Positions 18,287-28,534 of a DNA stretch of 64,000 bases are shown here, piece by piece. Within the stretch, counting starts at the first letter, position 1, and every line of letters starts with the position of its first letter. Below the pieces are notes generated by a model, which saw nothing but the letters and a program-made list of their open reading frames with translations, made no database searches and was not told the DNA's origin. Origin of the DNA: Syntrophomonadaceae bacterium. Lineage in GTDB: Bacteria > Bacillota > Dethiobacteria > DTU022. The stretch is from positions 2,098 to 66,097 of the forward strand of contig SKMK01000042.1 in NCBI GenBank assembly GCA_007121075.1, read 5' to 3'. The translations under genes and the position numbers were made by a program.

Positions 18287-19743
18287 TGGAGAAGTTAAAA
18301 ACAGTGTTGCTTCTATTCCTGGTGGGGCTGAGCCTTTTTTTGACCTACCAACTTTGGTATGGACAGAAGCCTGCTGAACTGATAGCTGATAATGTCTATG
18401 AACAGGTAGATGTTGAACCACCCAGGCCGCTTGAAGACGCCATTGTTCCCGACCGTATAGTCGTTAGGAATAGCAGTAACAGTAATAACAATAATGACAA
18501 CAATAATGGCAACAACAATGACAACTATAATAATGAAAATCATGATGAAAGTATTTTTCTGTTCAGGAAAGATGACCCTGGGTTTGAGCAGCTTTGGGAG
18601 GAGCTATCGGGACTGCTCAAAACCATAGAAACTAATTTTGTATCCGGTGAGCAAAATGCTCCTCCTGAAGAAGCAGTAAAATGTTTAAGCAGTTATTTTA
18701 AACCTCAACTTCCAGTTGGCAATGAAATGCCCTGGCTGTCTGGACTTTCTGAGGACAGAATTGAAAACCTTGTTCTATCCTGTTTTGAAGACACCTACTG
18801 GTTGTCAATAGCTCATTCTACAGCTGATAAGCATCTGGTTTTGGAAGAAGACAGGGCTGCATTGATATTATCGTTGATCGAAGATATTGCGAATGAAGAT
18901 ATTTCAAATAATGAAACAGCAGTGCACATATCCCTTACCCGGGAAATTGTTAATGAAATTATTGATTTGGATATTGATATTAGCGCCCCTGTTTTTGTGC
19001 CCCGGGACGAAATAACAATGAAAGAACTTAATTTAGAAGCTGAGAACCTGGGAAAAGAGCTGCTGCTTAAAACCTTCTTCGTTGATCACAACCTGGCCCG
19101 GGTTATTGAAGAACGAGACGGCAGCCTGTTATATACTGACGGCGAAAAAGGGTTGCGATTAACGGATACCGGGTTTGAATATTCTCATCCCCGTATGGAA
19201 GAAGGGCATACAACTTTATCTTACAGCGAAGCACTTCGTAAAAGCAGCAGTTTAATCAGTTATCATGGCGGCTGGCAGGAAAACCTGCGCCTTGAAAAAG
19301 TTGCCCTGGAAAGCAGGGGAGGTTTAATCTTTTTTGAATCTAAATGGTTAATATATTATGATGGGTATCCTTTGTTTACAGGGCAGCCCACTAAAATTTC
19401 ATTTAATGACCTGGGGTTGTTTCATTTCACCAGGTTTCTTTTCAAACCTGCTTTAGAGCCTGATGAGCATGTTGATGGGCTGCCTACAAATGGTGGCAAC
19501 GGGAGTGTTACAGTTACCTTGTGGAGCGAAGCGCTCTTGAAAGCCACAGACGAAGTAATAGATGACCATAGTCCCGAGGCCGGCGCCAGGGTGCGGTTGG
19601 AATCAATGGAACTTGGCTATGCTGTAACCGGAACAGAAGCCTCTCCGGAAGGAATTCCGGTCTGGATAATCATAATTAACGGAGAAAAAGTGATTATGAA
19701 AGCTCATAATCTGGAAATAATCAGCGAGGAGGATTTGCTTTGA
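18283..19743 (+). CDS. yycH: WalK regulator YycH (WalH)
   Basis: EKLKTVLLLFLV.LSLFLTYQLW N-terminus, YTDG motif; operon position. Confidence 0.82.
   Translation: MMEKLKTVLLLFLVGLSLFLTYQLWYGQKPAELIADNVYEQVDVEPPRPLEDAIVPDRIVVRNSSNSNNNNDNNNGNNNDNYNNENHDESIFLFRKDDPGFEQLWEELSGLLKTIETNFVSGEQNAPPEEAVKCLSSYFKPQLPVGNEMPWLSGLSEDRIENLVLSCFEDTYWLSIAHSTADKHLVLEEDRAALILSLIEDIANEDISNNETAVHISLTREIVNEIIDLDIDISAPVFVPRDEITMKELNLEAENLGKELLLKTFFVDHNLARVIEERDGSLLYTDGEKGLRLTDTGFEYSHPRMEEGHTTLSYSEALRKSSSLISYHGGWQENLRLEKVALESRGGLIFFESKWLIYYDGYPLFTGQPTKISFNDLGLFHFTRFLFKPALEPDEHVDGLPTNGGNGSVTVTLWSEALLKATDEVIDDHSPEAGARVRLESMELGYAVTGTEASPEGIPVWIIIINGEKVIMKAHNLEIISEEDLL
18469..18546 (+). repeat. Asn-rich AAY/GAY low-complexity tract inside yycH
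   Basis: Encodes NSSNSNNNNDNNNGNNNDNYNNENHD. Confidence 0.85.
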
Positions 19744-20630
19744 ATCTCGGCCGGGCTAAACTAATACTTGTTGTAGCTTTTACGGGGCTTAATATATTCC
19801 TTGGTTATCAATTATTCTGGCCAGATTTTGGCCGCTTGACAGAGGTTTCTGTTACTGCCGAAGACCTCCGGGAAACTGAACAAATGCTCGCTGAAAACAA
19901 CCTCGTGCTTGATGCATCTTTTGATCGGTCACCCCAGACCAGTGATTTTATAACTGTTTCCCCCGACTGGAAGATCAGGCAGGCACTTTTATATGATCTT
20001 ATTAAGACCGGTGTTCAAATAGAAGAAACTGAACATACAACCTACTATCGCTCGGTTGATAGGGTTGCTGTTATCCATAACAGCGGCCTGATCCAAATAT
20101 TCTATAGTTCCGGTTCCGGTGCCTCCCTGGGAGATAATGGAACTGAACTGGGCCACGGAGATTTAAAGAACCGGGTGGAAGAGTTTCTGGCAGAAGATGA
20201 ACTGCTCCCTGAAGGAATTAATTTTGATTACCTGGAGCAGAAAGAAGACGGCAGTATAGCCTTGAATTACCATCAAACCCTTGGTGGTATGCCAATTTTT
20301 TCAGGACAAATAAAAATTGTCATAGACGGCGATCGGGTTAAAGCGGTTGAAATTTACTGGCTTGAGCTTGCCGAACGAGCACCGCCCCGGGATATGGAAG
20401 TTATTTCGCCAGCTGAAGCATTAAAAAACCTGGTTTCTGAATTAGGCCCTGTATCCGAGGAACGTATTATTGAAAAAATTGATCTGGGTTATTACAGCGG
20501 GGAATATGATGCAGAAAAGTGGGAAGTGCCCCCGGTCTGGCGGATCGTCCTTGACAATAATCAGTATTATTATATTAATGCCTTTACCGGTAATCTGGAA
20601 AAAGATACAGTTATACCTGAGCAGCTTTAA
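19740..20630 (+). CDS. yycI: WalK regulator YycI (WalI)
   Basis: MNLGRAKLILVVAF..LNIFL; C-terminal LGYY...PVWRI...YINAFTG. Confidence 0.85.
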   Translation: MNLGRAKLILVVAFTGLNIFLGYQLFWPDFGRLTEVSVTAEDLRETEQMLAENNLVLDASFDRSPQTSDFITVSPDWKIRQALLYDLIKTGVQIEETEHTTYYRSVDRVAVIHNSGLIQIFYSSGSGASLGDNGTELGHGDLKNRVEEFLAEDELLPEGINFDYLEQKEDGSIALNYHQTLGGMPIFSGQIKIVIDGDRVKAVEIYWLELAERAPPRDMEVISPAEALKNLVSELGPVSEERIIEKIDLGYYSGEYDAEKWEVPPVWRIVLDNNQYYYINAFTGNLEKDTVIPEQL

Positions 20631-20683
20631 TTTATCGCTTCAAGACAACATTTAATGTTATAATAATTGTAACGGAGGTAAAT

Positions 20684-21973
20684 ATGGAAAATTTCACAGT
20701 AAAAGGTAACGTCAGTTTATCCGGCAACGTTAAAATCAGCGGCTCCAAAAATGCTGCAGTGGCAGTGCTTCCGGCTGTTGTGCTCACCAGGGAAAAAGTT
20801 TTCCTGGAAAATTTGCCTGATATAACCGATGTCCGCACTATGATTGAAATACTGGAAAGCCTGGGGGTTTCTATCCGCAGGCGCGGCAGAAACGCCCTGG
20901 ATTTAACGCCCGGGAACCTCTCCAAGATTGCCCCGGCTTATGAACTGGTCAAAAAAATGAGAGCATCATACTATTTTATGGGCAGCCTTTTAGCCCGCTT
21001 TGGTCAGGCTGAGGTGCCGATTCCCGGGGGCTGTGATCTGGGGCCACGCCCCATTGATCAGCATCTAAAAGGGTTTACGGCATTGGGAGCCGACATTAAT
21101 ATAGAACATGGCATGATCAAACTAAATGCCGACAAACTGGTAGGAGCACATATATATCTGGATGTGGTCAGCATTGGTGCTACTGTTAACCTGATGTTGG
21201 CGGCGTCGGCAGCCGAAGGAAGAACGGTCCTTGAGAATGTCGCCAAGGAGCCTGAAATTGTTGATTTGGCTAACTTTTTGAATGCCATGGGGGCTAAAAT
21301 CAGGGGAGCAGGAACCGATGTAATCAGAATTGACGGTGTCAAAAATTTTCACGGCGCCGCCCATACCGTGATTCCGGATCGTATTGAAGCCGGCACTTTC
21401 ATGCTGGCTGCGGCTGCCACCGGGGGAAACATAATGGTAGAAGATGTTATTCCCAAGCACCTGGAAGCGATAACGGCCAAACTTCGTGAAATCGGTGCAA
21501 AAGTGGAGGTTGAACCTGAACGGATCAGGGTTAAAACCCCCGATCTGCTTTCTGCTTCCGATTTAAAGACCTTTCCCTATCCAGGGTTTCCCACCGATCT
21601 TCAACCGCCCGGAATGGTTTTGTTAACTGCTGCCAAGGGCCTTAGCGTGATAACTGAAAATGTTTTTGATGGACGCTTTAACCAGGTTGATGAGTTAAAA
21701 AGAATGGGAGCCAGAATAAAGGTTGAAGGCCGAACCGCCCTGGTTGAAGGAGGAATCCAGTTATCGGGAGCCCCGGTAACAGCCCAAGATCTTCGTTCTG
21801 GTGCCGCATTAATCATTGCCGCCCTGATGGCGGATGGAGAAAGCAGAATCAATGCTGTAGAGCATGTTGATCGGGGATACGAAAAATTTGAACAGAAACT
21901 TATCGATCTAGGGGCGTCTATTAAACGAAGAAGCAAAGATGAACAGGAAAAGCTTTCAACTAATCAAGACTGA
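20684..21973 (+). CDS. murA: UDP-N-acetylglucosamine 1-carboxyvinyltransferase (MurAB/MurZ-like copy)
   Basis: SGSKNA, MRASYY, PGGCDLGPRPIDQH, PYPGFPTDLQ, DLRSGA. Confidence 0.95.
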   Translation: MENFTVKGNVSLSGNVKISGSKNAAVAVLPAVVLTREKVFLENLPDITDVRTMIEILESLGVSIRRRGRNALDLTPGNLSKIAPAYELVKKMRASYYFMGSLLARFGQAEVPIPGGCDLGPRPIDQHLKGFTALGADINIEHGMIKLNADKLVGAHIYLDVVSIGATVNLMLAASAAEGRTVLENVAKEPEIVDLANFLNAMGAKIRGAGTDVIRIDGVKNFHGAAHTVIPDRIEAGTFMLAAAATGGNIMVEDVIPKHLEAITAKLREIGAKVEVEPERIRVKTPDLLSASDLKTFPYPGFPTDLQPPGMVLLTAAKGLSVITENVFDGRFNQVDELKRMGARIKVEGRTALVEGGIQLSGAPVTAQDLRSGAALIIAALMADGESRINAVEHVDRGYEKFEQKLIDLGASIKRRSKDEQEKLSTNQD

Positions 21974-22193
21974 TTTGTAACACCTGCGAGCAATTTTATC
22001 TTTACGGGGATCTTTACGCGGAAAGTATCTTGATATAAACTGTTCTTTAAACAGATGTTAAAGATCACATCGAGCAACAAGCCGAATGACCACTATAATA
22101 AATTTAACCACCATAATAACAGTGCCCTTTATAACAACTGGTAATATATACCCTTCATTACTAATTCGGCTTGATTATATTAGGAGGTTTTTT

Positions 22194-23363
22194 ATGGAAC
22201 GCCACCATGGATTTAATAACCGGCCTCACCGGGGGGGAGCCTGGACTTTTATTGGTTACATTTCTTTCGGTATTTTGGGCATCCTGCTGGGCGCCGCCCT
22301 GGTGTATGGATTGTTTTTCCTATACCTGGTTCCCCAGGCTGAAGAAGGAGTTGTTGTGACGGACCCGGAAGAAAACGGGGCCGTAGAAGATATGCCCTTA
22401 CCTGCTCCTGAAAGAGGTGAAGATATAGTTGCTGTTGTTGAACAGGTAATGCCTGCTGTAGTCGGTGTGAGCAGTCATTTTGATATTACCGAATTTGAAG
22501 GCCAGCCTTTTGAGCTGACCGAATCAGCCTCCGGTGTAATAATTTCTCCGGACGGTTATGTCATTACCAACCATCATGTAATTGAAAATGCTGAAGAAAT
22601 CAAAGTCATAATGCCTGAAAAAGGAATTTTTGAAGCAGAACTGGTTGGCTCCGATACAATGACCGATTTGGCTTTGCTGAAGATTGACGAAAGAGATCTG
22701 ACTCATATACCGCTTGCCGACTCAGGAAAAAGCCGGGTCGGTGAAACAGTCCTGGCCATCGGCAACCCGCTTGGACTTCAGCAGAGTGTAACAGCAGGCA
22801 TAATCAGTGCGGTAGAGCGCCAGGTTATGATCCCGGGCACTGATTATGCCTACACTTTTATCCAGACTGATGCGGTTGTTAACCCCGGAAACAGCGGCGG
22901 CCCGCTGGTTAACCTTAATGGAGAAATAGTAGGAATTAATACTGCAAAAATAGCTCTTCCCGGTGTTGAAGGTATTGGCCTTTCTGTTCCCAGTAATACC
23001 GTAGATCGAGTAATCAGGGATTTCCTGGATTACGGCAGGGTGCTTCGTCCCCACATGGGCATTTTGATCGAAGACTGGCTTGATTATGACGATCCGGAGC
23101 CTGACATGGGGGTGCGCCTGGTCGACGTTGTCCCCGATAGCCCTGCTGATGAAGCGGGATTGATTCCAGACGATATAATTGTGGCCATAGATAATCAGCC
23201 TATAGATTTCCTGGCTCAACTCTTTGACATCATGCTGTATTATTATCCGGATGATACGGTTACCATTACCTTTTATCGTGATGGGGAGCAAATGGAAACT
23301 ACTCTTACCTTTGAAGAGCGTCCCGATACTTTAAATGAAGAATCGCTGTTCCCCGAAGATTAA
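22194..23363 (+). CDS. htrA: HtrA-family serine protease with PDZ domain
   Basis: TNHHV, DLALLK, NPGNSGG triad; N-terminal TM; ATG 22194 after AGGAGG. Confidence 0.92.
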   Translation: MERHHGFNNRPHRGGAWTFIGYISFGILGILLGAALVYGLFFLYLVPQAEEGVVVTDPEENGAVEDMPLPAPERGEDIVAVVEQVMPAVVGVSSHFDITEFEGQPFELTESASGVIISPDGYVITNHHVIENAEEIKVIMPEKGIFEAELVGSDTMTDLALLKIDERDLTHIPLADSGKSRVGETVLAIGNPLGLQQSVTAGIISAVERQVMIPGTDYAYTFIQTDAVVNPGNSGGPLVNLNGEIVGINTAKIALPGVEGIGLSVPSNTVDRVIRDFLDYGRVLRPHMGILIEDWLDYDDPEPDMGVRLVDVVPDSPADEAGLIPDDIIVAIDNQPIDFLAQLFDIMLYYYPDDTVTITFYRDGEQMETTLTFEERPDTLNEESLFPED

Positions 23364-23411
23364 GCACTTGAAAATACTAAAAGATATGTTTTTTAAAGTG
23401 GAGGCCATAAT

Positions 23412-24365
23412 TTGCGTCTGACTTTTATTTTCATCGATGGTGTCGGCCTTGGCGGGCAGGAATCCAATAACCCGTTTGTATATATGGACACACCCGGTTT
23501 ATCAAATTTGCTTGAAGGGAAGCGCTTTACAAAAAGAGCTGATGGGCACACAGGTTCAAGAGCATCACTTTTGAGCCTTGATGCCACCCTGGGGATAGAT
23601 GGATTGCCCCAGAGTGCAACCGGCCAGGCTTCAATTTTTACCGGGAAAAATGCCCCTGCTTTTCTGGGCCGGCACCTGCGCGGCTTCCCCAATAATTCAC
23701 TCAGGAAGCTGATTGCTGATAAATCCCTGTTTAAGCAGTTAAAACAGTTAGGATATCGGGTTGTTTTTGCTAATGCCTACAGGCCCCCTTTTTTTGAACT
23801 GTTGCGCCGGGGGCTCCCGGGATCCCGCTATTCTTGCTCGACTTTAATTACTTATTATGGAGACCTTCCATTTTACAGCCTCGAAGATATCAAGGCAGGC
23901 AGGGCTTTGTATATGGATATAACCAACGAAATATTACAGCGCATGCACTTTGATGTGCCGCTGCTAACTCCGGAGCAGGGTGCAAAACAACTGGTTGACA
24001 TCAGCAGAAAATTTGATTTTTGTTTATTCGAATACTTCCTTAGTGATTTAGCCGGCCACCTGGCAGACAGCACCGAGTCCGGCGCAGTAGTGAACAAGCT
24101 TGATCAGTTTATTGGCAGCCTTGCCCATCAAATCGACCCGGATGAGGAGATGCTAATTGTTACCAGCGATCACGGCAACCTTGAAGATGTTACCAGGCGC
24201 GATCATACCCTGAACCGGGTGCCCCTCCTTATGGTGGGTGATATAAGTTTGCGTTTCGGATGGGATAAAGCTTTAAGTGATTTAACAGACCTCCTTCCAA
24301 TGGTGAAAAAGCTCCTTGAGGCAGGCGGTTCTGACAAGCGATTGGCCGGAGAGATGAGTAATTAA
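23412..24365 (+). CDS. Alkaline-phosphatase-superfamily metalloenzyme (iPGM/phosphopentomutase-like)
   Basis: FIDGVG, PQSATGQ, DLAGH, TSDHGN, HTLN metal motifs. Confidence 0.8.
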   Translation: MRLTFIFIDGVGLGGQESNNPFVYMDTPGLSNLLEGKRFTKRADGHTGSRASLLSLDATLGIDGLPQSATGQASIFTGKNAPAFLGRHLRGFPNNSLRKLIADKSLFKQLKQLGYRVVFANAYRPPFFELLRRGLPGSRYSCSTLITYYGDLPFYSLEDIKAGRALYMDITNEILQRMHFDVPLLTPEQGAKQLVDISRKFDFCLFEYFLSDLAGHLADSTESGAVVNKLDQFIGSLAHQIDPDEEMLIVTSDHGNLEDVTRRDHTLNRVPLLMVGDISLRFGWDKALSDLTDLLPMVKKLLEAGGSDKRLAGEMSN

Positions 24366-24397
24366 TTTTTAGTTGACAGGAGAAAATAAAAGCAAAT

Positions 24398-25021
24398 ATG
24401 TCAGGAGCTATGAATGTTAAAAAAATAACTGTTGGGATTTTTGCTACAAACTGTTACCTGGTTTCCTGCCCTGAAACCGGTGAAGGTATTGTGATTGATC
24501 CCGGAGCGGATGGGAAAAGAATAGTGGAAAAAATAAAAGCTCTTGATATAAAAGTAAAATATATTGTAAATACACACGGTCATGTTGATCACATTGGGGC
24601 CAATGGAAAATTAAAAGAAGAGTTAAACGTGCCGGTGCTGTTATCTTCAAAAGACCTCGATATATATAGAAACCCGGGATTTGGACTGCGGTTTGTCCTT
24701 GGGAAACAGCCTGAACCGGATCAATTTATTAAGGATGGAGACTATGTCAGTTTCGGAGGCCTATCCCTGTTGATTATGGAAACACCCGGGCATACGCCCG
24801 GTGGAATGTGCCTCTCCGGAGAAAACACTGTTTTTTGTGGAGACACCCTCTTTGCCGGTTCTGTTGGACGGACTGACCTGACCGGAGGTTCATATTCAGC
24901 CCTGATGAAAAGCATTCGCGAGCAGCTGGCTAATTTGCCACCTGAAACCGTTGTTTATCCGGGGCACGGCCCTGCTACAACTATTGGCGAAGAAATTGCG
25001 TCTAACCCCTTTATAAGTTAG
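24398..25021 (+). CDS. MBL-fold metallohydrolase (glyoxalase II/YcbL-like)
   Basis: THGHVDH, TPGHTPG, GDTLF, PGHG. Confidence 0.9.
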   Translation: MSGAMNVKKITVGIFATNCYLVSCPETGEGIVIDPGADGKRIVEKIKALDIKVKYIVNTHGHVDHIGANGKLKEELNVPVLLSSKDLDIYRNPGFGLRFVLGKQPEPDQFIKDGDYVSFGGLSLLIMETPGHTPGGMCLSGENTVFCGDTLFAGSVGRTDLTGGSYSALMKSIREQLANLPPETVVYPGHGPATTIGEEIASNPFIS

Positions 25022-25093
25022 GAACAGTGTCTTAGAATTTTACTGCTGTTATTTTTTCACAGCGCGGTTAAAAAATTATTTTTTATTTTTTCA

Positions 25094-25122
25094 GCAGGAT
25101 TATTTAAGGTTTTAGAGAATAG
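25094..25122 (+). promoter_or_regulatory. Putative sigma-H promoter at the start of the rho leader
   Basis: GCAGGA-17 bp-GAATAG with an upstream A/T tract. Confidence 0.5.
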
Positions 25123-25290
25123 AGTAACCCGTGGGAAAGAAATCAAAAATACTTCTCTGATCCAGGAAGGCTTACCTGATGATATGCAATCTAATAGATC
25201 ATGCTCCCAGTTAAAAGTATTAGAAACAATAATGTCGGCTGTTAATCTCCAGTAGACGATTGACTTGATAATTCTATTCCCGGTTGCTGG

Positions 25291-25646
25291 AATGGAGTTA
25301 TAACCGGATTATTTATACTTAAACTTTAGCAGTTGGCCGGTCTTCAGGTGTGTGAACTCTGAAGTATAACTCCGTTTGAGCCAGGTAAATATTTTAAAGG
25401 AACAATGGGATTCAAAACATATTGGGGCTGCGGGCATCCGGTTTTTAGCACCGGGTCTGATATATGCGCCTCGATTCCCTCCGGCCGAAGCTTCGACCAG
25501 TTTGCTGCCTTGACAGATTTGGAATGCGGTTTCAGCGGGTTTTTTCCTCCTGGTCGCAAACTTAACTTCCCGGACATAGCAACCCTTATATCAGACAGGC
25601 GGGTTGGTTTTCTCGCCATCTAATATGACTGCTTAGAGATTGCCCG
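25291..25646 (+). ncRNA. Putative structured RNA / rho 5' leader
   Basis: Three-way junction at 25291-25376 and nested rod at 25431-25646, found by manual pairing. Confidence 0.45.
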
Positions 25647-25688
25647 GGATTAACTTTAGGGGTTATTAACAAAAGGTGGTGTTTTGTA

Positions 25689-26933
25689 GTGGATACAAAA
25701 AAACTGCAAACGATGAATTTGAATGAACTGCATCGTTTGGCAAAAGAACATGAAATTAAAGGGCAGTCAACCATGCGTAAACAGGAACTTGTTGATGCCC
25801 TGACCAAACTTTTTTCGGAAAACGGTGAACAATATACAGCTTCGGGAATGCTGGAAATAATGCCGGACGGGTTTGGTTTTTTACGTCGGAAAAAATACCA
25901 TTTTTCAGAAGATGACATCTACATTTCCGCATCGCAAATCCGGCGTTTTAATATGAGGACAGGCGATATAATAAGCGGGCGGATTCGACCGCCAAAAGAC
26001 AACGAACGTTATTATGCACTTCTCCAGGTTGAAGAAATCAATGATGAAGATCCGGAAAAACTGTCCAGCCGGCCGCCGTTTTCATCCCTGGTTCCAATTC
26101 ACCCCGATGAACCGATAAAAATGGAGACCCAATCCCATATTCTATCGACCCGCATTATTGACTTGCTGATCCCGATCGGTAAGGGACAGCGGGGGTTAAT
26201 TGTATCACCTCCTAAAGCAGGTAAAACGATGCTTTTAAAGCAGCTGGCCAACAGTATTTCTTCCAACCACCCTGAAATTAAATTAATCATTTTGCTGATT
26301 GACGAGCGGCCTGAAGAGGTTACCGACATGGAGCGCAGCGTAGATGCCGATGTGGTCAGCTCAACATTCGATCAGAAACCGGAAAACCATATTCGCCTGG
26401 CTGAGCTGGTTTTAGAGCGTTCACAACGCCTGGTTGAGCAGGGTCGGAATGTTGCCGTTTTGATCGACAGTATCACCAGGCTTACCCGTGCTTACAACCT
26501 GGTTATACCGCCGAGCGGCAGAACTCTTTCCGGTGGGATTGACCCCAGCGCTTTCTACAAACCTAAACGATTCTTCGGTGCCGCCAGGAATATCGACCAG
26601 GGCGGAAGCCTGACAGTGCTGGCTACAGCCATTGTGGAGACCGGTAGCAGGATGGATGATGTAGTTTACGAAGAGTTCAAAGGGACCGGAAACATGGAAC
26701 TTCATCTTGACCGTCGGATTTCCGAACGCAGGATTTTCCCGGCCATAGACATTTCCCGTTCCGGCACCCGCCGTGAAGAATTGCTGCTTGATGAGCACAA
26801 AATTGAACTGATGTGGGCTTTGCGCCGGGCCATGGGCAGCAGTACCAGTATCGAATTTTTAGAAAAGCTTATGGACAGGCTAAGAAAAACCAAGTCCAAT
26901 GAAGAATTCTTAAGTAACATGCATACTATGTAG
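25689..26933 (+). CDS. rho: Transcription termination factor Rho
   Basis: [42 protein letters not shown]. Confidence 0.98.
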   Translation: MDTKKLQTMNLNELHRLAKEHEIKGQSTMRKQELVDALTKLFSENGEQYTASGMLEIMPDGFGFLRRKKYHFSEDDIYISASQIRRFNMRTGDIISGRIRPPKDNERYYALLQVEEINDEDPEKLSSRPPFSSLVPIHPDEPIKMETQSHILSTRIIDLLIPIGKGQRGLIVSPPKAGKTMLLKQLANSISSNHPEIKLIILLIDERPEEVTDMERSVDADVVSSTFDQKPENHIRLAELVLERSQRLVEQGRNVAVLIDSITRLTRAYNLVIPPSGRTLSGGIDPSAFYKPKRFFGAARNIDQGGSLTVLATAIVETGSRMDDVVYEEFKGTGNMELHLDRRISERRIFPAIDISRSGTRREELLLDEHKIELMWALRRAMGSSTSIEFLEKLMDRLRKTKSNEEFLSNMHTM

Positions 26934-26958
26934 TAAAATCCGGAAAATGAATGGGATT

Positions 26959-27175
26959 ATGTTTTAGCCCCTTTAGCAAAAACGAGCGTACAAATAGTTG
27001 ATCGAATAGCCGAGAGCACTGACTGATAAAAAGAATTAAACCCCGGCGAAAATTTAATGCCAGAATGAGAGCCGGCAAAAAATTAAAATCAGACGTTCTT
27101 CAATACAGGAAGATTTCAAATTCTTGGAGCATTTTAAAATTTTGAGACCAGATTGGGTAAAGAAACTTTCATGAC
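26959..27175 (+). pseudogene. Degraded GntR/FadR-family regulator (wHTH relic)
   Basis: Frameshifted segments MF*PL*QKRAY / IVDRI..KELNPGENLMPE*E / RRSSIQEDFKFLEH / ETRLGKETF. Confidence 0.6.
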
Positions 27176-27297
27176 ATTTTTGCCTGGAATTTAAGGAGCT
27201 ATCCAGCCTTTTACCGTTTAGCATCATTCTTTCTTTTGAAGAGAAGATTTAATCCTCCAAGATAAATGCCCGCTTAAGCTCACAAATTTTTATCTGG

Positions 27298-27326
27298 TTG
27301 CAGAATAAAAGGCAATATGCTATGAT
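27298..27326 (+). promoter_or_regulatory. Putative sigma-A promoter of rpmE
   Basis: TTGCAG-17 bp-TATGAT with extended TG. Confidence 0.55.
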
Positions 27327-27362
27327 TTGATTTTGAGGAAAGGACTAAGGAGGATACAGCTA

Positions 27363-27560
27363 ATGAAACCAAACATACACCCCGAGTATCATTGCGCCCG
27401 GGTGACCTGCGCATGCGGCGAAACATTTGAAGTTGGCTCTACCAGGGAATCCCTTAAAGTGGAGATCTGTTCCAAGTGCCACCCGTTTTTTACCGGTAAG
27501 CAGAAATTTGTCGATACCGGCGGACGCGTTGAACGCTTTAAACGTAAATACGGCAGGTAA
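27363..27560 (+). CDS. rpmE: 50S ribosomal protein L31 (zinc-binding type)
   Basis: [23 protein letters not shown]. Confidence 0.97.
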   Translation: MKPNIHPEYHCARVTCACGETFEVGSTRESLKVEICSKCHPFFTGKQKFVDTGGRVERFKRKYGR

Positions 27561-27619
27561 AGCGTTGAGCAGGGCCTGCGTGCTCTGCTTTTTTCTTGAA
27601 TAAAAAGAAGGGATAATAA

Positions 27620-28534
27620 ATGAACAATACTCATAAAGTTGGCGGACAGGCTGTTTTAGAGGGAGTCATGATGCGCTACCGTGACCGGATGGCGATTGCC
27701 TGCCGGCGGAGCGATGATACAATCAGCATTCATCGTGAAACCTTGCAACCCCTGGCTAAAAAATTCTCTCCTCTGGGATGGCCGATAATAAGAGGAGCAG
27801 TTGCATTTTTTGAAGCCCTGGTCCTTGGTGTGCGGGCTCTAAATATTTCCGCAGCCGAGGCTCTGGCCGAAGAAGAAGAAGAATTGACCGGCTGGCACAG
27901 TTTCCTGATGGTAGTACTGGGGCTGGGGTTGGGAGTAAGCTTATTTTTTATTTTGCCTACCTACCTGGTCCGCTTTTTACCGGAGTGGCCCCCAATCTGG
28001 CTAAACCTGATTGAAGGTATGGTCCGCCTGGCTATATTTATAGCCTACATTGTGCTTATTACCCGCTGGGGGGACATCCAGCGATTTTTCCAGTACCATG
28101 GTGCAGAACACAAGGTGATTTACGGTTATGAAAACGGGCAGACTCTTGATTTAAACCGAATAAATGATTTTTCTACCCGCCATCCCCGCTGTGGAACCAG
28201 CTTTATTCTTACAGTGATGGTGGTCAGTATAATCCTGTTTTCATTTTTTGGCTGGCCTGATCTGGCCCAGCGCATTGCTTTAAGGTTGATATTGCTGCCG
28301 CTTGTGGCCGGGCTGTCTTACGAAGCAATAAGGTACTCGGCCAGGAGCACTTCGCCCCTTGTCGGGTTGATGGTTGCTCCAGGTCTGTGGTTGCAGAGAT
28401 TGACGACCCAGGAACCCGACAAAAGCCAGCTTGAAGTGGCCCTTTCGGCCTTGAAGGCGGTACTGGAACCAGAAGATGATCAAAAAGAAACTGCCTGTGA
28501 AAGTAAGGCAGAGGTGACTGCGGATGCGAGATAA
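27620..28534 (+). CDS. DUF1385 membrane protein
   Basis: [28 protein letters not shown]. Confidence 0.92.
   Translation: MNNTHKVGGQAVLEGVMMRYRDRMAIACRRSDDTISIHRETLQPLAKKFSPLGWPIIRGAVAFFEALVLGVRALNISAAEALAEEEEELTGWHSFLMVVLGLGLGVSLFFILPTYLVRFLPEWPPIWLNLIEGMVRLAIFIAYIVLITRWGDIQRFFQYHGAEHKVIYGYENGQTLDLNRINDFSTRHPRCGTSFILTVMVVSIILFSFFGWPDLAQRIALRLILLPLVAGLSYEAIRYSARSTSPLVGLMVAPGLWLQRLTTQEPDKSQLEVALSALKAVLEPEDDQKETACESKAEVTADAR

Noticed and set aside
20656-20673. WalR box-like TGTTAT...TGTAAC before murA
   Set aside because: Spacer is 6 bp rather than 5, and it overlaps an ordinary extended -10
22086-22193. N-terminal extension of the htrA ORF
   Set aside because: A strong RBS precedes ATG 22194; the extension looks non-coding
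25344-25623. Short ORFs on both strands in the rho leader
   Set aside because: No recognisable motifs; better explained as structured non-coding sequence, though a leader peptide at 25405 cannot be fully excluded
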